From assembly GCA_964035545.1 (NCBI GenBank), contig OZ037769.1, positions 13,236,633 to 13,300,632 of the forward strand: a DNA stretch of 64,000 nucleotides, in the 5' to 3' direction. The stretch is from Bugula neritina (taxonomy: Eukaryota > Animalia > Bryozoa). Of the stretch, positions 38,608-60,756 are shown in pieces. Position numbers and translations under genes: made by a program. Numbering within the stretch: position 1 is the stretch's first letter; the number at the start of each line of letters is the position of its first letter. Below the pieces are notes generated by a model. The model did not search any database. It was not told the DNA's origin and saw only the letters and a list, made by a program, of their open reading frames with translations.

Positions 38608-41600
38608 ATGGCATCTGGAGGGTGTGATCTACAGGGTAGCGTGCAAGATGTTGACCCTGAAATAGCTGAACTCATCAAGTTGGAAAAGCAAAGGCAGGTC
38701 CGGGGTTTAGAGCTGATAGCGTCAGAAAATTTCACCAGTCAGGCGGTTTTGGACTGTCTAGGCTCCTGTTTCACTAACAGATACAGCGAGGGCTACCCAG
38801 GACGGAGGTATATAGACAGTAATCTCTTCTAGTAGGACTAAGTTTGTCGTAGTTTGTCCTCTAGCACTGTGTGAATACCAGGTCATCCTACCATACTCTG
38901 CAGTAAAACAGCTTGCTCACACTTATTCTTTAGGAAAAAATAGCTGCTAGTCTCTAAACCATGCCTTTGCAGTTCTGATGTAATATTTTTATTTTCTATT
39001 GTTAATTTATCTTATACAGACTGTTTTTAGCCAACTTTTGTTGATATTCTAAAAAGCTCATATGAATTACTTGTTTCAGTAATATAGTCTGTTGTGTGCA
39101 GGTATTATGGCGGACAAGTATATGTGGATAAACTTGAACTGCTGTGTCAGCAAAGAGCCTTAGCTGCTTTTGGCCTGGACTCAGCCAAGTGGGGGGTAAA
39201 TGTGCAGCCCTACTCTGGTTCCCCAGCCAACTTTGCAGTTTTCACGGCTATTGTGGAACCTCATGGTGAGAGCTTGTAACTTTTTATATGAAAATGAAAG
39301 CCCATTCCCTATTAAGCAGCAGTGTTTGACTCTAAAGGACACATACATTTACCGACCATAGTAGCATTCTACTGCCACACGGCAGAAGCTCAACATTTTT
39401 TGTAGCACTTCCTCTATAACTCTTCTGATATTTTCTGTCAAGTCATCTCAATCATGTTTCCATTGAATTTTAATTTACTGTGAAGTTTTATTTGAATCTG
39501 AAGTCCTGTTGTGTGTCACAATTATTGCATGGTTGAATTGTAATATATCTTGTTCGGTGACATGCCAGAATGCAATCCTGCCTCTTCAACTCTGCTTTGT
39601 CATCAAAATAAACCCTCCATCACTCATTGTCAAAGTATTGTTTATTGGAAGTCATTCCTACTGTATATTATATTATATATGTTATAATACATGTCATGTC
39701 ATCATAAATATGATATATTATCATACATATTACATATAAGTGATTCTGTCCAATTCCAATGTGACGTCTTTAGGAGTGAAAAGCAGCATTTAAGCAGTAT
39801 TGATGAGAATTTGTTTGTTGTCATCAACATAAGGGCTAGGCAGGGAAAATACGTTGAACGAATAGTTCACAGTAACAGATTTGGCAGTGCATATGCACTG
39901 GGCATAGCTTATTTAATGAAAAGAAATTGCAGCTTGAATATGCACGTTCAGTGAGTTGAGACTGTCAGGTGCATACCTACGGTAACTTACCTTTATTTAC
40001 AGTTAACTTTGTGTAGTACAAATACTTGACGCATACTTACTATACTTACACTGTATTATATGCATGTGACATACTTACTATACTTATACTACATCATATA
40101 CATGTGATATACTTACTATACTTACCTGTAAATGTGACATACTTTCTATAATTACAGGTCGTATCATGGGACTGGATTTACCTGACGGAGGTCACCTGAC
40201 TCACGGCTTCATGACCACCACTAAGAAGATATCAGCCACCTCGGTGTTCTTTGAGTCGTGTCCGTACAAGGTCAACCCCGATACGGGACTCATAGACTAC
40301 GATCAGCTGCTCTACACTGCCAGGGTCTTCAAACCCAAACTCATTATTGCTGGTCAGTTGAGATTTGTGTCTGTAGAATGTAGATATCAGCTTAGTAACC
40401 TAAACTTTCATAGGCTCAGTTCTTGGGCTTCAGATGGTAATTGTTGTTCTTAGCGATTTTCTTGACAAGATGGTTCATAATTACCTTGTATGTCGGACAT
40501 CATTGCTGTGTTCATTCTGATAGACCAGCTCACTTATTTCTATCTAGTTTAGTGTCAACTTCATAAATGCTGTTTTTGTATGTAAGTACCAGCGCCTTGT
40601 TTTATTTAGGAGCAGTAGTAGAGAAATTGAGATAGCCTAAGTTCTTCAACATTTTTATCAACTTTTGGTTTGGGATGCGGCTTGAAATTCTTGCAAGAAC
40701 TCAACTTCTTTTGCTACATTTCTAATCTAGAACACAGGCTTTTTTCAATTTCTCCATTACTGCACCTACCTCTTTGTTTCATTTTCCAGGCATGTCCTGC
40801 TACCCCCGCAACTTGGACTACGACAGATTCAGGGCTATTGCTGACGAAGTTGGAGCTCTCCTATTGGCTGATATGGCACATGTCAGCGGGTTGGTCGCTG
40901 CCAATGTTGTGAACAACCCGTTTGATGTGTGCGACATTGTCACCACGACAACGCACAAGTCTTTGAGGGGGCCACGTTCAGGCATGATCTTTTATAGAAA
41001 AGGTAAGTTAATCTGTCAAGTAAGAAGTGACACTCTAAAACAGTACGTTCTGTGTGACATGCTAGCTATTGTAAACAGCTGGAGCAGGGATTAGGGAGTG
41101 GCATGGCACAGATTTTCAACTTTCATTTCCCAGGCATGCAGGAAGCACCTGACAAGCACCTGACAAGCACCAGCCTGCTCTATGCCGTGCATGTACCGTG
41201 TGTAAGATATGTTGGTAGGTTACATGCACCCCAGGTCATGGTTCACATGTTTATCTATATCTGTTATCATCTTGGAAGTGCAATGTGTACATTAGAGCAG
41301 TGGTAAAACTGTATTACTAAATGTTAGATAACTCCAGTGACCAAAGTCCAACTAATGCATCTATTATTAGCCCAACCTGTTTAGTGCTATGATACAGACA
41401 TGCCAACCTGTTCAGTGCTATAGTACAGACATGCCAACCTGTTTAGTGATATAATACAGACATGCCAACCTGTTTAGTGATATAATACAGACATCAATAA
41501 TAAAGGGAAATGAGGAAGTGGCACTTCGTGTTACATACTTTTGGTTTGGGCAAATCATTTATTTCTGTATAAGTGTTGTCAACCATAACAAATAAGCTAG

Positions 41601-44600
41601 AAAGTGACTAGTTGAATTATACACTGTAGGCAAATAGTGTAAGTAGATAATTCAGTAGTAGATAAGTCAATAAGCAAGAGTAAGTCTCATCAATTGTAAA
41701 TTGCCACAGTGCTGATGAAAATTGTGTATAAAGGAATTCGAATGCAGCCTACTGGGATATAGGTTATTGTCACTTTAGATGATTTCAGTGATATGCTACA
41801 TGTTCCAAGAATCCTGCTGTAGTCAACAACTGGCAATGAGCAACTGGCAATTAGCAATTCTCCACCTCCTAACTTGTCTCCACAACAATAAATAGTGATA
41901 TTCAGTCATTTGCAGTCAGTTTCACAGCATTCACATGTCCCTCAATTAGCTAAAACAATTGCAGTGCAGAAAAAGTAAAACTTAGACATATATGTGGCTT
42001 AAATTTCTCCAATGGTAAACTTGTTTCATACAGAGTTAAACGACTTCAAAGGTTTTGTTTTGATTTTCATTCCAAATAGTAATTGAAGTTAGACAATAAT
42101 AGTGGAATTCAAATTAGAGATCTAAGTATTTCCATATTTTAATACAATTTCAATAAAAATCAAATTATTTTATTATTTATTTATTTAATTATTTTTCTCT
42201 CCGCAGTTATTTTGCTCTGCGTTGTATGGAATGAAACAGGGTTGCAATAGTAGTCTAAGTTATACACTTTGCAGGTTGATTCAATGGCTTGTTTTTGGGG
42301 GGTTAAACATATACTCCAACATTTTAGCTCTAATCACAATGATGTCTGTTTACTCAGGGGTTCGGTCTGTAGACAAGAATGGTAAAGAGATCATGTACAA
42401 TCTGGAAAACCCGATTAATGAGGCGGTATTTCCCGGACTTCAAGGTGGGCCACACATGCACCAAATAGCCGGTAAGTCATCAGTCAACCAGTGAGAATAT
42501 TTTTAGTTTCACACTAATTGATTGGTTTGAGTTTTTAATTTCATAGCCTTCTGCGTCAATCTGTACCTCAAATATTAAAATTTCTAGGTCACTGAAAGTC
42601 TATGAAAGAATTGCCATATGTGGCACTATTCATTTGACTAAATTATGCCTATATACTGTCACAAGAATTGATCGAAATTTGAAGTTATTGTTTATAATAC
42701 TAATTAATTTATTGGAATAACTAAAACAGTTTTAAAAAAATTCAAATTCTTCTAAAGTGAGTTAAAATGAACAAACACCAACAACTTATGTGCAACTTAA
42801 TTCCTACACATTACGGAAATTCTGCAGGTATTGCGGTAGCATTAAAGCAAGCCCAGTCTCCAGAATTTAAGACTTACGCACAGACAGTGGTGGACAACGC
42901 CAAAGCCTTTGGGGAGGCTTTGAAGAACTTTGGCTATACTGTAGTTACAGGTACAACTTCATGTTTAGATTTAACTTTACTAACCTGGTTTCAAATGATA
43001 TAGAAAATAGTTCCAAGATTCTTGCAAAAGTACTAAATGTTTGGTAAAATAACGTTCACCGAAGTCAGTTGTGATGGTTTGCTGGTTATTTTAAAAACTG
43101 TTATAGGATATATTCTGCTTGTAGCTGAAAGTTGATATAAACTTTAAATCATATTGAGTAGTTAACATTTTGATTTATGTTTTGGCAGTTTTATAGCAAA
43201 TGAAGAAATTTCAACTATGAAATACATGCTGTCAGCAGGTTTAGGTTGGATAATGATTGTTGACAATAGTTATTCAATAATTTTAGAAAAAAAAAGTTGA
43301 GAATATTTTCTCTGATTTGAAAATTTTATGAATAGTTAATCTGGACCAAGTGTGAAGGTCACCAATAACTTGATTTAAATAGTGCACAAACCTTCTCAGC
43401 GCATATTTGGGGCCGTAAATATAACAATCTTCAACCAGGTGTACAAATGTCACTCTTGTGTTTAGGAGGTACCGACACTCATCTCCTGTTAGTCAACTTT
43501 AAGCCTCTCAAGTTGACCGGATCTAAGGTCGAATACACACTGGAGCAGATTTCAATAACAGCGAATAAGAACACGTGTCCGGGGGATAAATCCGCCCTGA
43601 ACCCCTCCGGTGTTAGACTCGGCACTCCTGCATTGACCTCTAGAGGCTTTACTGCATCAGACTTTCACAAAGTCGCAGAGTTCATGCACAAAGGTGAGCA
43701 GAAAATATAAAGTCATTTTGTTGAGTCAGTATAGAAGCTGGTGTAGCTTATGAATTGTGTTGGTGAGTTTCAGAGGTAACTTGACAGATTTATGACCCGA
43801 TCTAAGGGTGCCATCATACTGCATTCGACATGACAACTTGTATCTTCTAACTTGGCTGTAATGACCAGGTTTATAGTCACTATCCTTGTCAGAACCCCTG
43901 GTGGAATGGTTTTTTTAAAGTAAGCTAAGGACTTATTCATATGTGGCACAGGAGCACTTATGACTGGTTGCTTTTCCTAACATCACCAATTTCCGCTACC
44001 ATAAGTTCAGGTTTACTAAGCTAGCACTCTTACCCCTAGACCACCCTCTTACCCCTAGACCACAGCTGCTCCCAATGGCTAGCCTTGATGTAGTCACTAA
44101 GAGTGGTCATCTGCAGAAAATAAGGAAAACTAGCTATTTAGCTGAACAGATGCTCTATTACGTTACTGCAAGTTACAGCAGTTACTCTGTTCAACCAAAT
44201 ATGTAGCAGTTCCAAACCTCTGGGGGTTTGTTTTACAAGCTCTGTAGTTTCTAATGGTGAACCAGATGTAACATGATTAGTGGTGGAATATAGACCATGA
44301 ATATTGATACTCTTTTTCTTACTTATGTAAACTTGAAAGTAATATTGTGACTGCAGGTTAAATATAGTCTTCTAGGCTTAGTGCCTAATATTATACATTC
44401 ACTTGGGTGATACATGGTGGTAGGGTGAAGTTTTATCAATGTTGCAATGAGTTTAATGATAATATGAAGATCCTGGTAAGTTTAGGATACAATCATATTT
44501 TCTGCGCCTTCTACATCCTTTCGTGTGTACCTTTTGTACCCTTTCCCTTTTGTAGGATGCAAATACTCTACAAATCGTTTTATCTACTACATGATAAAAC

Positions 44601-45003
44601 AACTCCTTTTATAAAAAGTTTGTTATCACTATGCCTGTAAGAAACCCCTGATGGAAGGAGTTTTTGTTAGATCGGGCTAAGGACTTATTCAGATGGAGCA
44701 CTGGAGCAATTATGGCTGGATGCTCTTCCTAACATCTCCATGACTTTGTGCTTAGTAGGCAAACGCCCTAACCCCTAGACCACAGCTGCTCATAAGACAA
44801 CTCTTTTTCTGTTACAAATTTAATAAATGGATAAATTTCTTACAGGAATAACCTTAGCCCAAGAAATTCAGGCCAACAGCCCGTCAACATTGCTCAAAGA
44901 TTTCAAGACCACTCTTCACAGTGAGCTCTTCCAGCCCAAGATAGACGAGTTGATGCATCAGGTTGAGGAATTCGCTGCTACATTTCCGATGCCCGGCAAA
45001 TAA
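38608..45003 (+). CDS. SHMT: Serine hydroxymethyltransferase (464 aa, no evident transit peptide)
   Basis: Exons 38608-38807, 39102-39265, 40158-40352, 40790-41002, 42358-42471, 42828-42950, 43466-43693, 44846-45003 total 1395 nt. Motifs [40 protein letters not shown]-lysine loop [50 protein letters not shown]. Confidence 0.98.
40604..40771. mobile_element. 168-bp MITE (same family, opposite orientation) in SHMT intron 3
   Basis: Ends ATTTAGGAGCAGTAGTAGAGAAATTGAGATAGCC and GGCTTTTTTCAATTTCTCCATTACTGCACCTACCT; flanks CCTTGTTTT / CTTTGTTTC. Confidence 0.75.
41372..41474. repeat. 31-bp minisatellite, about 3.5 copies
   Basis: Unit CCAACCTGTTTAGTG(C/A)TAT(G/A)ATACAGACATG. Confidence 0.9.
43867..44072 (-). 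mobile_element. SINE family A copy
   Basis: GTTTATAGTCACTATCC ... GGCACAGGAGCACTTATGACTGG ... CCTAACATCACC ... CCCCTAGACCACAGCTGCTCC. Confidence 0.8.
44616..44791 (-). mobile_element. SINE family A copy
   Basis: GAAACCCCTGATGGAAGG ... GGAGCAATTATGGCTGGATGCTCTTCCTAACATC ... CCCCTAGACCACAGCTGCTC. Confidence 0.8.
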
Positions 45004-45892
45004 TTGTTTTGACCTTTGACCTTGATATTTTATTGATATTATGTATCATGTTATGTTGTTTGGTAAAGATTCAATTCTATTTTGCATATTTTACACATGC
45101 TAAAATTGGCATTGTTGTTTTTGTTTGGAGTTGTCTAATTTCAAAGTAGTAACTCCAAATTATCAGCAATTTATTTACAATGTTTTAGATTTTTTGAAGA
45201 TTGCTGTCATTTGACAACAGCTTGTGACTCAACAAGCTTTTTAATCATGCCAAATACATCATTTTGCAACTATAAAAATAGTTTTTATGAAATTTTCAAG
45301 TTGTGACTATTTCTAGCTATTGTGACATCTAGTGGAAAGTGGTGCAGTTCATCCCACCAACTAAATGATAGTCATCGCACTTTTTATACTTGTTTCAAAC
45401 TGCTCATGAGACTATCGTCTTAAATATTATAATTTTTAAATTAAAGCATGAGGTCTCCAACGATGGCTGCAAAAATCTGAAATAATATTCATATTTCAAG
45501 TGCTAATAAGATTTACTTGAATTCGAATATAGCCAAGAAACAACTTCAATGAATGAACTGTAAAGATAACTGATGATAAAGGCTATATAGTATCGCGCAT
45601 AATTACACTAGAAAAGTAATGAAATATTGTTATAGGGTCACAACATTTTATTAAAGAGCCAGAAAACTTAGTCTATTAAAGAAAAGAACACTTTTATGCC
45701 GTTATAATATGTAAATAAAATACAAAAAGCATTTATTAATATCCACGAAATAGTTGATGCAAGACTTAATAAGCTCCCGAGTTAACTGGCGAGGAGACGA
45801 TTACTTATTACAAAAACTCTGTACCTAAGAAGTTGGCAACAAATCAGCATACTGCCTCGTATTACCTGCAGAAAGAACTAAAATAAAAGTAG

Positions 45893-54803
<8,911 letters not shown>

Positions 54804-55199
54804 TGTGTGATTGATGTGATTGCGTAGAAAATGTATATGAATATACACTAACAACTGTATGAAAATTAATCTAGTTGGGCTTGTGATTGATGGAGAATTG
54901 GTTTTCTAGAGCTTTCAAAACTTTGAATCGAAAACCGATATTTCCAGTCTTATTGAGAATATGCTAGATCACAGCTGCCTTGCGCAGTCAACGGAAAGGC
55001 ATTCACAAATTTCCTATATGAGCCGAATGAATGCGGTCTGACTATAAAAAACAATCGGTTACGAACGCGCATTCCTTAATGTATTCCATTCCTCCTGAAA
55101 TCGACCGATTCTTTTACAGTGCACCAATGCGGGAGTATTTCATTCGCTCATGAAAGAAAAGACAACTTTGCAAAGTGACGTTCGTAATTTGCAGCTTAA

Positions 55200-55968
55200 A
55201 GGATTGCTCTATCTTAGTTTATTACAATCACATTATACTTATGAACTATAATCTAATGTATATGCAAACAATTGTGACTTTGCAAAGGGATATATGCCTA
55301 GAAAACAGCTTTTCAAAATTCCAATTTTGAGGGAGGTAAAATTTTCAGCCATGAAAAAGAATAGCCTAATACGTGACGTGTGAACGCCAGTAACTATGCT
55401 GCACGTGCTAACTATAACGCTAGTATTCAAGGTTGCTGAGCACAATATCAACCAATAACGCTCAAGCAGTTACAGTGCGCTATATAGGTCAACTTTGGTG
55501 CGCCCGTAATATTGCACAATCTGACCTAGTTTAGATCGATCGCAGGCATTCATCCTAAAGAATGCATGCTTTTGCAATGCTTTTTTCTAATGGTTACAAG
55601 CAAAATATAGCCTAATGTTATTACATACATGTTATTTAAAATGTCAAAAAACTATAGATTAAGATAATTAACATTTGCACTTCTATAAATATACAAATTA
55701 CGAGCTGAAAGATCACATCTCACAGTCATATTTCTATAGTTATTCATTTGTATAGTCACGTGACCAGCAGGAATGCTGGCGCTGTTACGTCACAGTTCCC
55801 AGCTCATTTCAAAATCGGCGTTTTGGCTGTTACCAATCTACACCCTCAACTTCAACTAACTTTTTCTACCTTTGGTCAAATGCTTTTTGTCAATGCATGC
55901 TTAGAAAAACACAATATTATGTGTGTTTGACCTAAATGGCCATTTATTAGACAAGATAGAGCAATCCT
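55200..55968. mobile_element. Non-autonomous TTAA-target DNA transposon (Kolobok-like), 769 bp
   Basis: Perfect 16-bp TIR AGGATTGCTCTATCTT (55200-55215 and 55953-55968), flanked by TTAA at 55196-55199 and 55969-55972; no coding capacity. Confidence 0.8.
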
Positions 55969-57810
55969 TTAAGTTATAGAAGAAGTGCTAAACAATTTTG
56001 TGTGTATGCACAGCTGCAAACAAAAATAAAAATGGCAACATGCTGTTGAATACACACTTTTCTTTGTACTATATACATACAAATTCTTTCTTTGTACTAT
56101 ATACATGCAAATTCTTCCTTTGTACAGAAGATTGAGCGCCAGTCCTATACTAAAGATTTTACTACAACAGTCAAAATGACTATATAACAAAAACAAAACA
56201 AATGTACACTACAATAATATTATTGTGTTTAGATGCGTACGCATCGGTGCTTGAGTAATTTGCGAGGTGCCTGTGCTGTGGCAATGTTTATTTCTTTTGA
56301 ATATTGAAAGACCTAGTGTACTCTTGTATATATGGCTGCAAGTGGTGGTTGTGAAAATTTCAACAATATATTTTATCTAAGAATTTTTACAATAAATATA
56401 CCTGGTATTACAAAAAAACATGTATCAATGTAGCTCTAAATTTTTTTGTTAACGTTATTGAGCTTTTAAATAAAATATGTAACCTTCAGAATCCTTCCAT
56501 TCTATTACCAATGCAGAACAAACAACTAGATTAATAAAGTGAATAAAAACTGAAAAATAGTGAACAATATAATATTTCACTATAAATACACAAATAGCTG
56601 TAACAAACAAAAACCTGCTATAAAAGTGGAAACAACTGTATTTAATACTGAAAAAAAAAACATGTGCGAAAATTTTACTGATTGCCCGGTTTTAAAAGAA
56701 TAATATGTACATAACTATTAATGTTATTCTCTATATTGGAAAACAATTGTATTGAGATATATGCATTTGATTAGCATAAAAGACTTCTGTTGCTTAAATG
56801 ACTTCCACTCTAGGAAGATACTCAAAGAGTCTAACATGTGAAGCACCCTTAAACAGACAGTACAGTTTAGGAGCTCAAGCTCTTTATGGCGAGAAGTTAA
56901 CTAGAAAATCAGACTTGAAAGTGAGAGGCAAATCCAGGTGAGCCTTCCACTGCAAACTTCCAACATACATGGTATAGCCTTGTGAAATAAACATGAAAAG
57001 AGTTATCATTGGTTGCTGTTAGTCGGCTTGTACAATCGAGCGAAACATTATCTCACTATAGTAAATACTGGCGACTTTTACACAAAATTCAACTGTTTGC
57101 AGTTTTAACTCTCATTCACTGCAACCAACTGTTGCGTTATGTCAAGCAAATTTAGGAATAAGCATCAACAATAATTCAATGAAAGAAACTCTTATATTTC
57201 ATTTAAGCTAAAGGTTTTAAATTCTTAGAAATAAAAATTGCCTCAGATGTTAGCAGTCTCCTGCCACCGAACTTTAGAAAATATAAAAATTGCTGATTAT
57301 ATTTTGTGTAGGAAATGTAGATCAGAAAGAGAAATTTTATACATGTTACAAAAACTGCTTTCTGGTGTTGTGGAGTATATCTATACGACAGTTAGAATGA
57401 GTAATTGCCAAACCTTCCAATGATGCAACAGGTCAGGTAACAGAGAATGAGAAATGTCGACCATAAGATTATTTTCAAGCATGTTCGGAGAAAAATGTTT
57501 GGAGAATAATTATGAATGACCATAGTTATGAATGAGCATTTATAATTCATTGATTGGCCACTTGTACAGTCACATTTGGTAGAAACTTTCAACAGCTCAA
57601 GTGGAAGACAAATAAGTGATTGTAGCAAAAATTTTACACTAGAAAGTTTCAACGGAGTGCTTGTCTATATAAATATCTAGTACTACAGGCTATTTATTGC
57701 CCATTTTACTGAAAATTGTCTTGAATATAAATTGTGCAAAGATTTTGTCATACAGTCTGTGTAGTCTGATTGTAAAGATGGCTCATACATACTTACATCT
57801 GCTAACAGGA

Positions 57811-60756
57811 CTAAGTTTTGGTAGAGTGTTTCAATTTTGCAGCCATTGAAGAGCTTCTCTTCTGTTTAGCTGAGACGATCTTTGCTCTACGATCTTCTAT
57901 CTAAACACAAGTAACACACCCCACTGAAATAGGCAGCACTAGTGAAATAGGCAGCACCAGTGAAATAGCCAGTATCATTGCATTCAACAATATTTTTATT
58001 TTTACAAAAAGATCCCATCACCTTTTAGATTTAGGCTCACATGCATATATGAATTATGTATAGTCCATGCTAGCTGCTGTTTTCCTCAACGATTCGATAA
58101 CAAACATTGTTATGTTGCCTAACATGTATGTTAGGGTGCTAGAAGTCCAAATTTATATTACTGGGGCGAACAAAATAACATTACACAATGCAATTATGTT
58201 TTAATAGGCTCTGTTTTCCATTTCATTAAAACTAAATCTTTAAAATTAGGAGTTGTTCTTTCATGAAGGTAAACTGTACTGACCCACTACTATATGATGA
58301 CTCATCATAATGTGTGTTGAGTCACAGTATTATGCAATGACTCATCATAATGTGTTGAGTCACAGTACTATGTAATGACTCATCATAATGTGTGTTGAGT
58401 CACAGTACGGTGCAATGACTCATCGTACCTGTTTACAAAGTATTACTCTGTGTGAGAGCTGAACGTGTACAAGTAACTTCCATGCAGAATTTCGCGTTTC
58501 AGGGCAGAATGAACATTTCAGCTGGAGTGGAACACCTGCACACGAAAGATTTAATTTATTTAGACATACAGGGCTTAGTGAATATAGACTGACAAACAGC
58601 ACTAACTACTAGATTGAAATAATCCATTAAATTCTGTCCATTGTGGTGTTTTACAAAGTTGAAGTACCATAAAAACTTTCTTGACACAAAAAACTGGCTA
58701 TGGACTCCGAAACCATTAGTATACTCAAATATTGTAGCAATTCATGCTGGATCTAGCAACGTAGTAATGCCATACAGCTCATCAGAGCTTCTAACACCAA
58801 ATTTGATTATTTGATATAATCAGTGTAGTCAGTGCAGTCACATGAATGAAGCCAGTCTCAACTCGTACACAGGAATAGATGGCCATCTAACACAGCCTTT
58901 CATGCCAACCTATTGACTACTCACAGCAATTTAGTAATTAGGAAATCAAAAATACAATAAAAAGGGTACTTTTCTACTAGTTGACAATATTCTCTGTGCA
59001 TAAAATTAAAGAATAAACCCAAAAATCTGTTAATATAAGACTTTTTATATTTTGCTGATGGTAATTAATGGTGATTAGAACCAGCAAGGTATTTCTGAGT
59101 TGAGAAAAACTAAAGCAGCATTATTTGTGAAACATTTTTTCACCCCAAGCAAGTCGATATATTGATACCTACATTTATCACAATGAGAGAGGGCACGGCA
59201 GTCTTTCTTATTCACCCTGTGTTGTTTCAGACACTCAATGGCTGAAAATACTTGTAGACACAGTCCACATATCAGGATGTCACATGAAGAGCTAGGTGTT
59301 GCAATGGGAGTTGTATCACCCTGCTCTTTTTCAAAGTATCTAAGTGATGCAATAGGAGTTGTACTATCCTGTTCTTTCTTGATGCATTTGGGAGTAGAAA
59401 AAATGTCCGAATCATTATTTGCTTTTCTAGTACGTCTAGGTACGAAGACATCACTGACGCTAGATATTTCGCTGCTGCAACTATCATTATGGCTATCACG
59501 AAAACTGCTGACTTTTTCCGGCCGTCTGCTACTGCTGCTACATCTGCAGAGAAACAGATCCTGTCACCGAAATGCTTCAACATCATAAAAACTCATGCAA
59601 GTTTATAGTCACCATCCCTGTGAGAAACCCTTGATGGAAAGGTCTTTTGTTAAATAGGGCTAAGGACATATTCAGATGAGGCACAGGGGCAATTATGACT
59701 GGATGCTCTTCCTAACATCACCAGTGGCCTTTACTGGGGTTCGAGCCCATGACTTCATGCTTACTAGGCAAGGCTCTAACCCCTAGACCACGGCTGGTCC
59801 CTAAATGCTTCAACACCATGACTCGGGTTCATTCTGACTGAAATATTGGTAGAGGTGCAAGACATGATGTACAGAAAGATACTCACATGGAGTAAACGCT
59901 GATGTCATCAGATGTTTCTGAGGTGGAGGAGAAATGAATTTCCGCACCAACTGCCTCACTCGGTACTTGTTAAAATCAATATAAATGTTAGCATACTCGT
60001 TCAAGCAGTAAACAAAAACATTAACTAGGCCACGGTCAATTTTAATCATAAAAAATGTATTGTAATACTATAGACTGGGGCGATATAAAAACCACTTAAT
60101 CAAATTTTTCTACAAAAATACATAAATGTATTGTAATACTATAGACTGGGGCAACATGAAAACCACTTAATCACATTTTTCTACAAAAATACATAAATGA
60201 ACAACTATAAAATATGTTGACTGTTGAAAAATATACAAGTTCATGTGCATGTCTTTTATTATTGTGAAATTATTTGTTTAATAACCACGATTAAAATATA
60301 AATCCTTAAAAATTGCTTCCAGGGACATTCATGAAAACATTAAACAGACGTACATCTCTCAATGATCTCCTTTCAACAACCTCTGTTACGTAATAGCGTC
60401 AAAGCAACTTTGCCTTTAAACATGTCAGGGACTTATTGGATAAGAAGTGTTCAGTTTTCATTTCAACAAAAACCTTTAGTTTAAAAGATGCAGAACAATA
60501 AGTATACCTCCAGACACTGAAGCAGCTGTAACTGGCAGAGGTTTGTGTGGTAGCAGTGTTGACATTTTCTCCTTTTTCAATGCTACAAAACGAAGGCCAC
60601 CCAGATTTAATTACTATATTCTGCGAATTATGTATTAGAATGTATTACTCTATTGAGTGCTATTGTTACCTTTGAAATAAGCATAGGAATAAGATTCGGT
60701 GACTGATACCGCTTGTAGAGGCAGAGATGATGGTGTTGCCAACTCTTCCTCAACTA
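57811..60756 (-). CDS. BCL11/ZNF296-like zinc-finger protein (CCHC ZnF0 plus SAW-type C2H2); 5' end uncertain
   Basis: Phase-consistent exons 60670-60756, 60508-60582, 59887-59917, 59173-59543 (DILICGLCLQVFSAIECLKQHRVNKKDC), 58429-58535 (LKCSFCPETRNSAWKLLVHVQLSH), 57811-57900 (TAG stop). SAWxLLxHxQxxH is the BCL11-family first C2H2 signature. A possible internal ATG lies at 60565. Confidence 0.7.
58290..58424. repeat. About 40-bp tandem repeat carrying seven TGA(C/G)TCA motifs
   Basis: Unit ATGACTCATCATAATGTGTGTTGAGTCACAGTA.. Confidence 0.9.
59587..59802 (-). mobile_element. tRNA-derived SINE, family A (best-preserved copy)
   Basis: Minus-strand head with A box TGGTCTAGGGGTT and B box GGCTCGAACCC; core GGTGATGTTAGGAAGAGCATCCAGTCATAATTG; 17-bp flanking direct repeat AAATGCTTCAACA(T/C)CAT at 59570-59586 and 59803-59819. 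Confidence 0.85.
60052..60198. repeat. About 70-bp tandem duplication
   Basis: AAATGTATTGTAATACTATAGACTGGGGC..AAAACCACTTAATCA..TTTTTCTACAAAAATACAT present twice. Confidence 0.9.
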
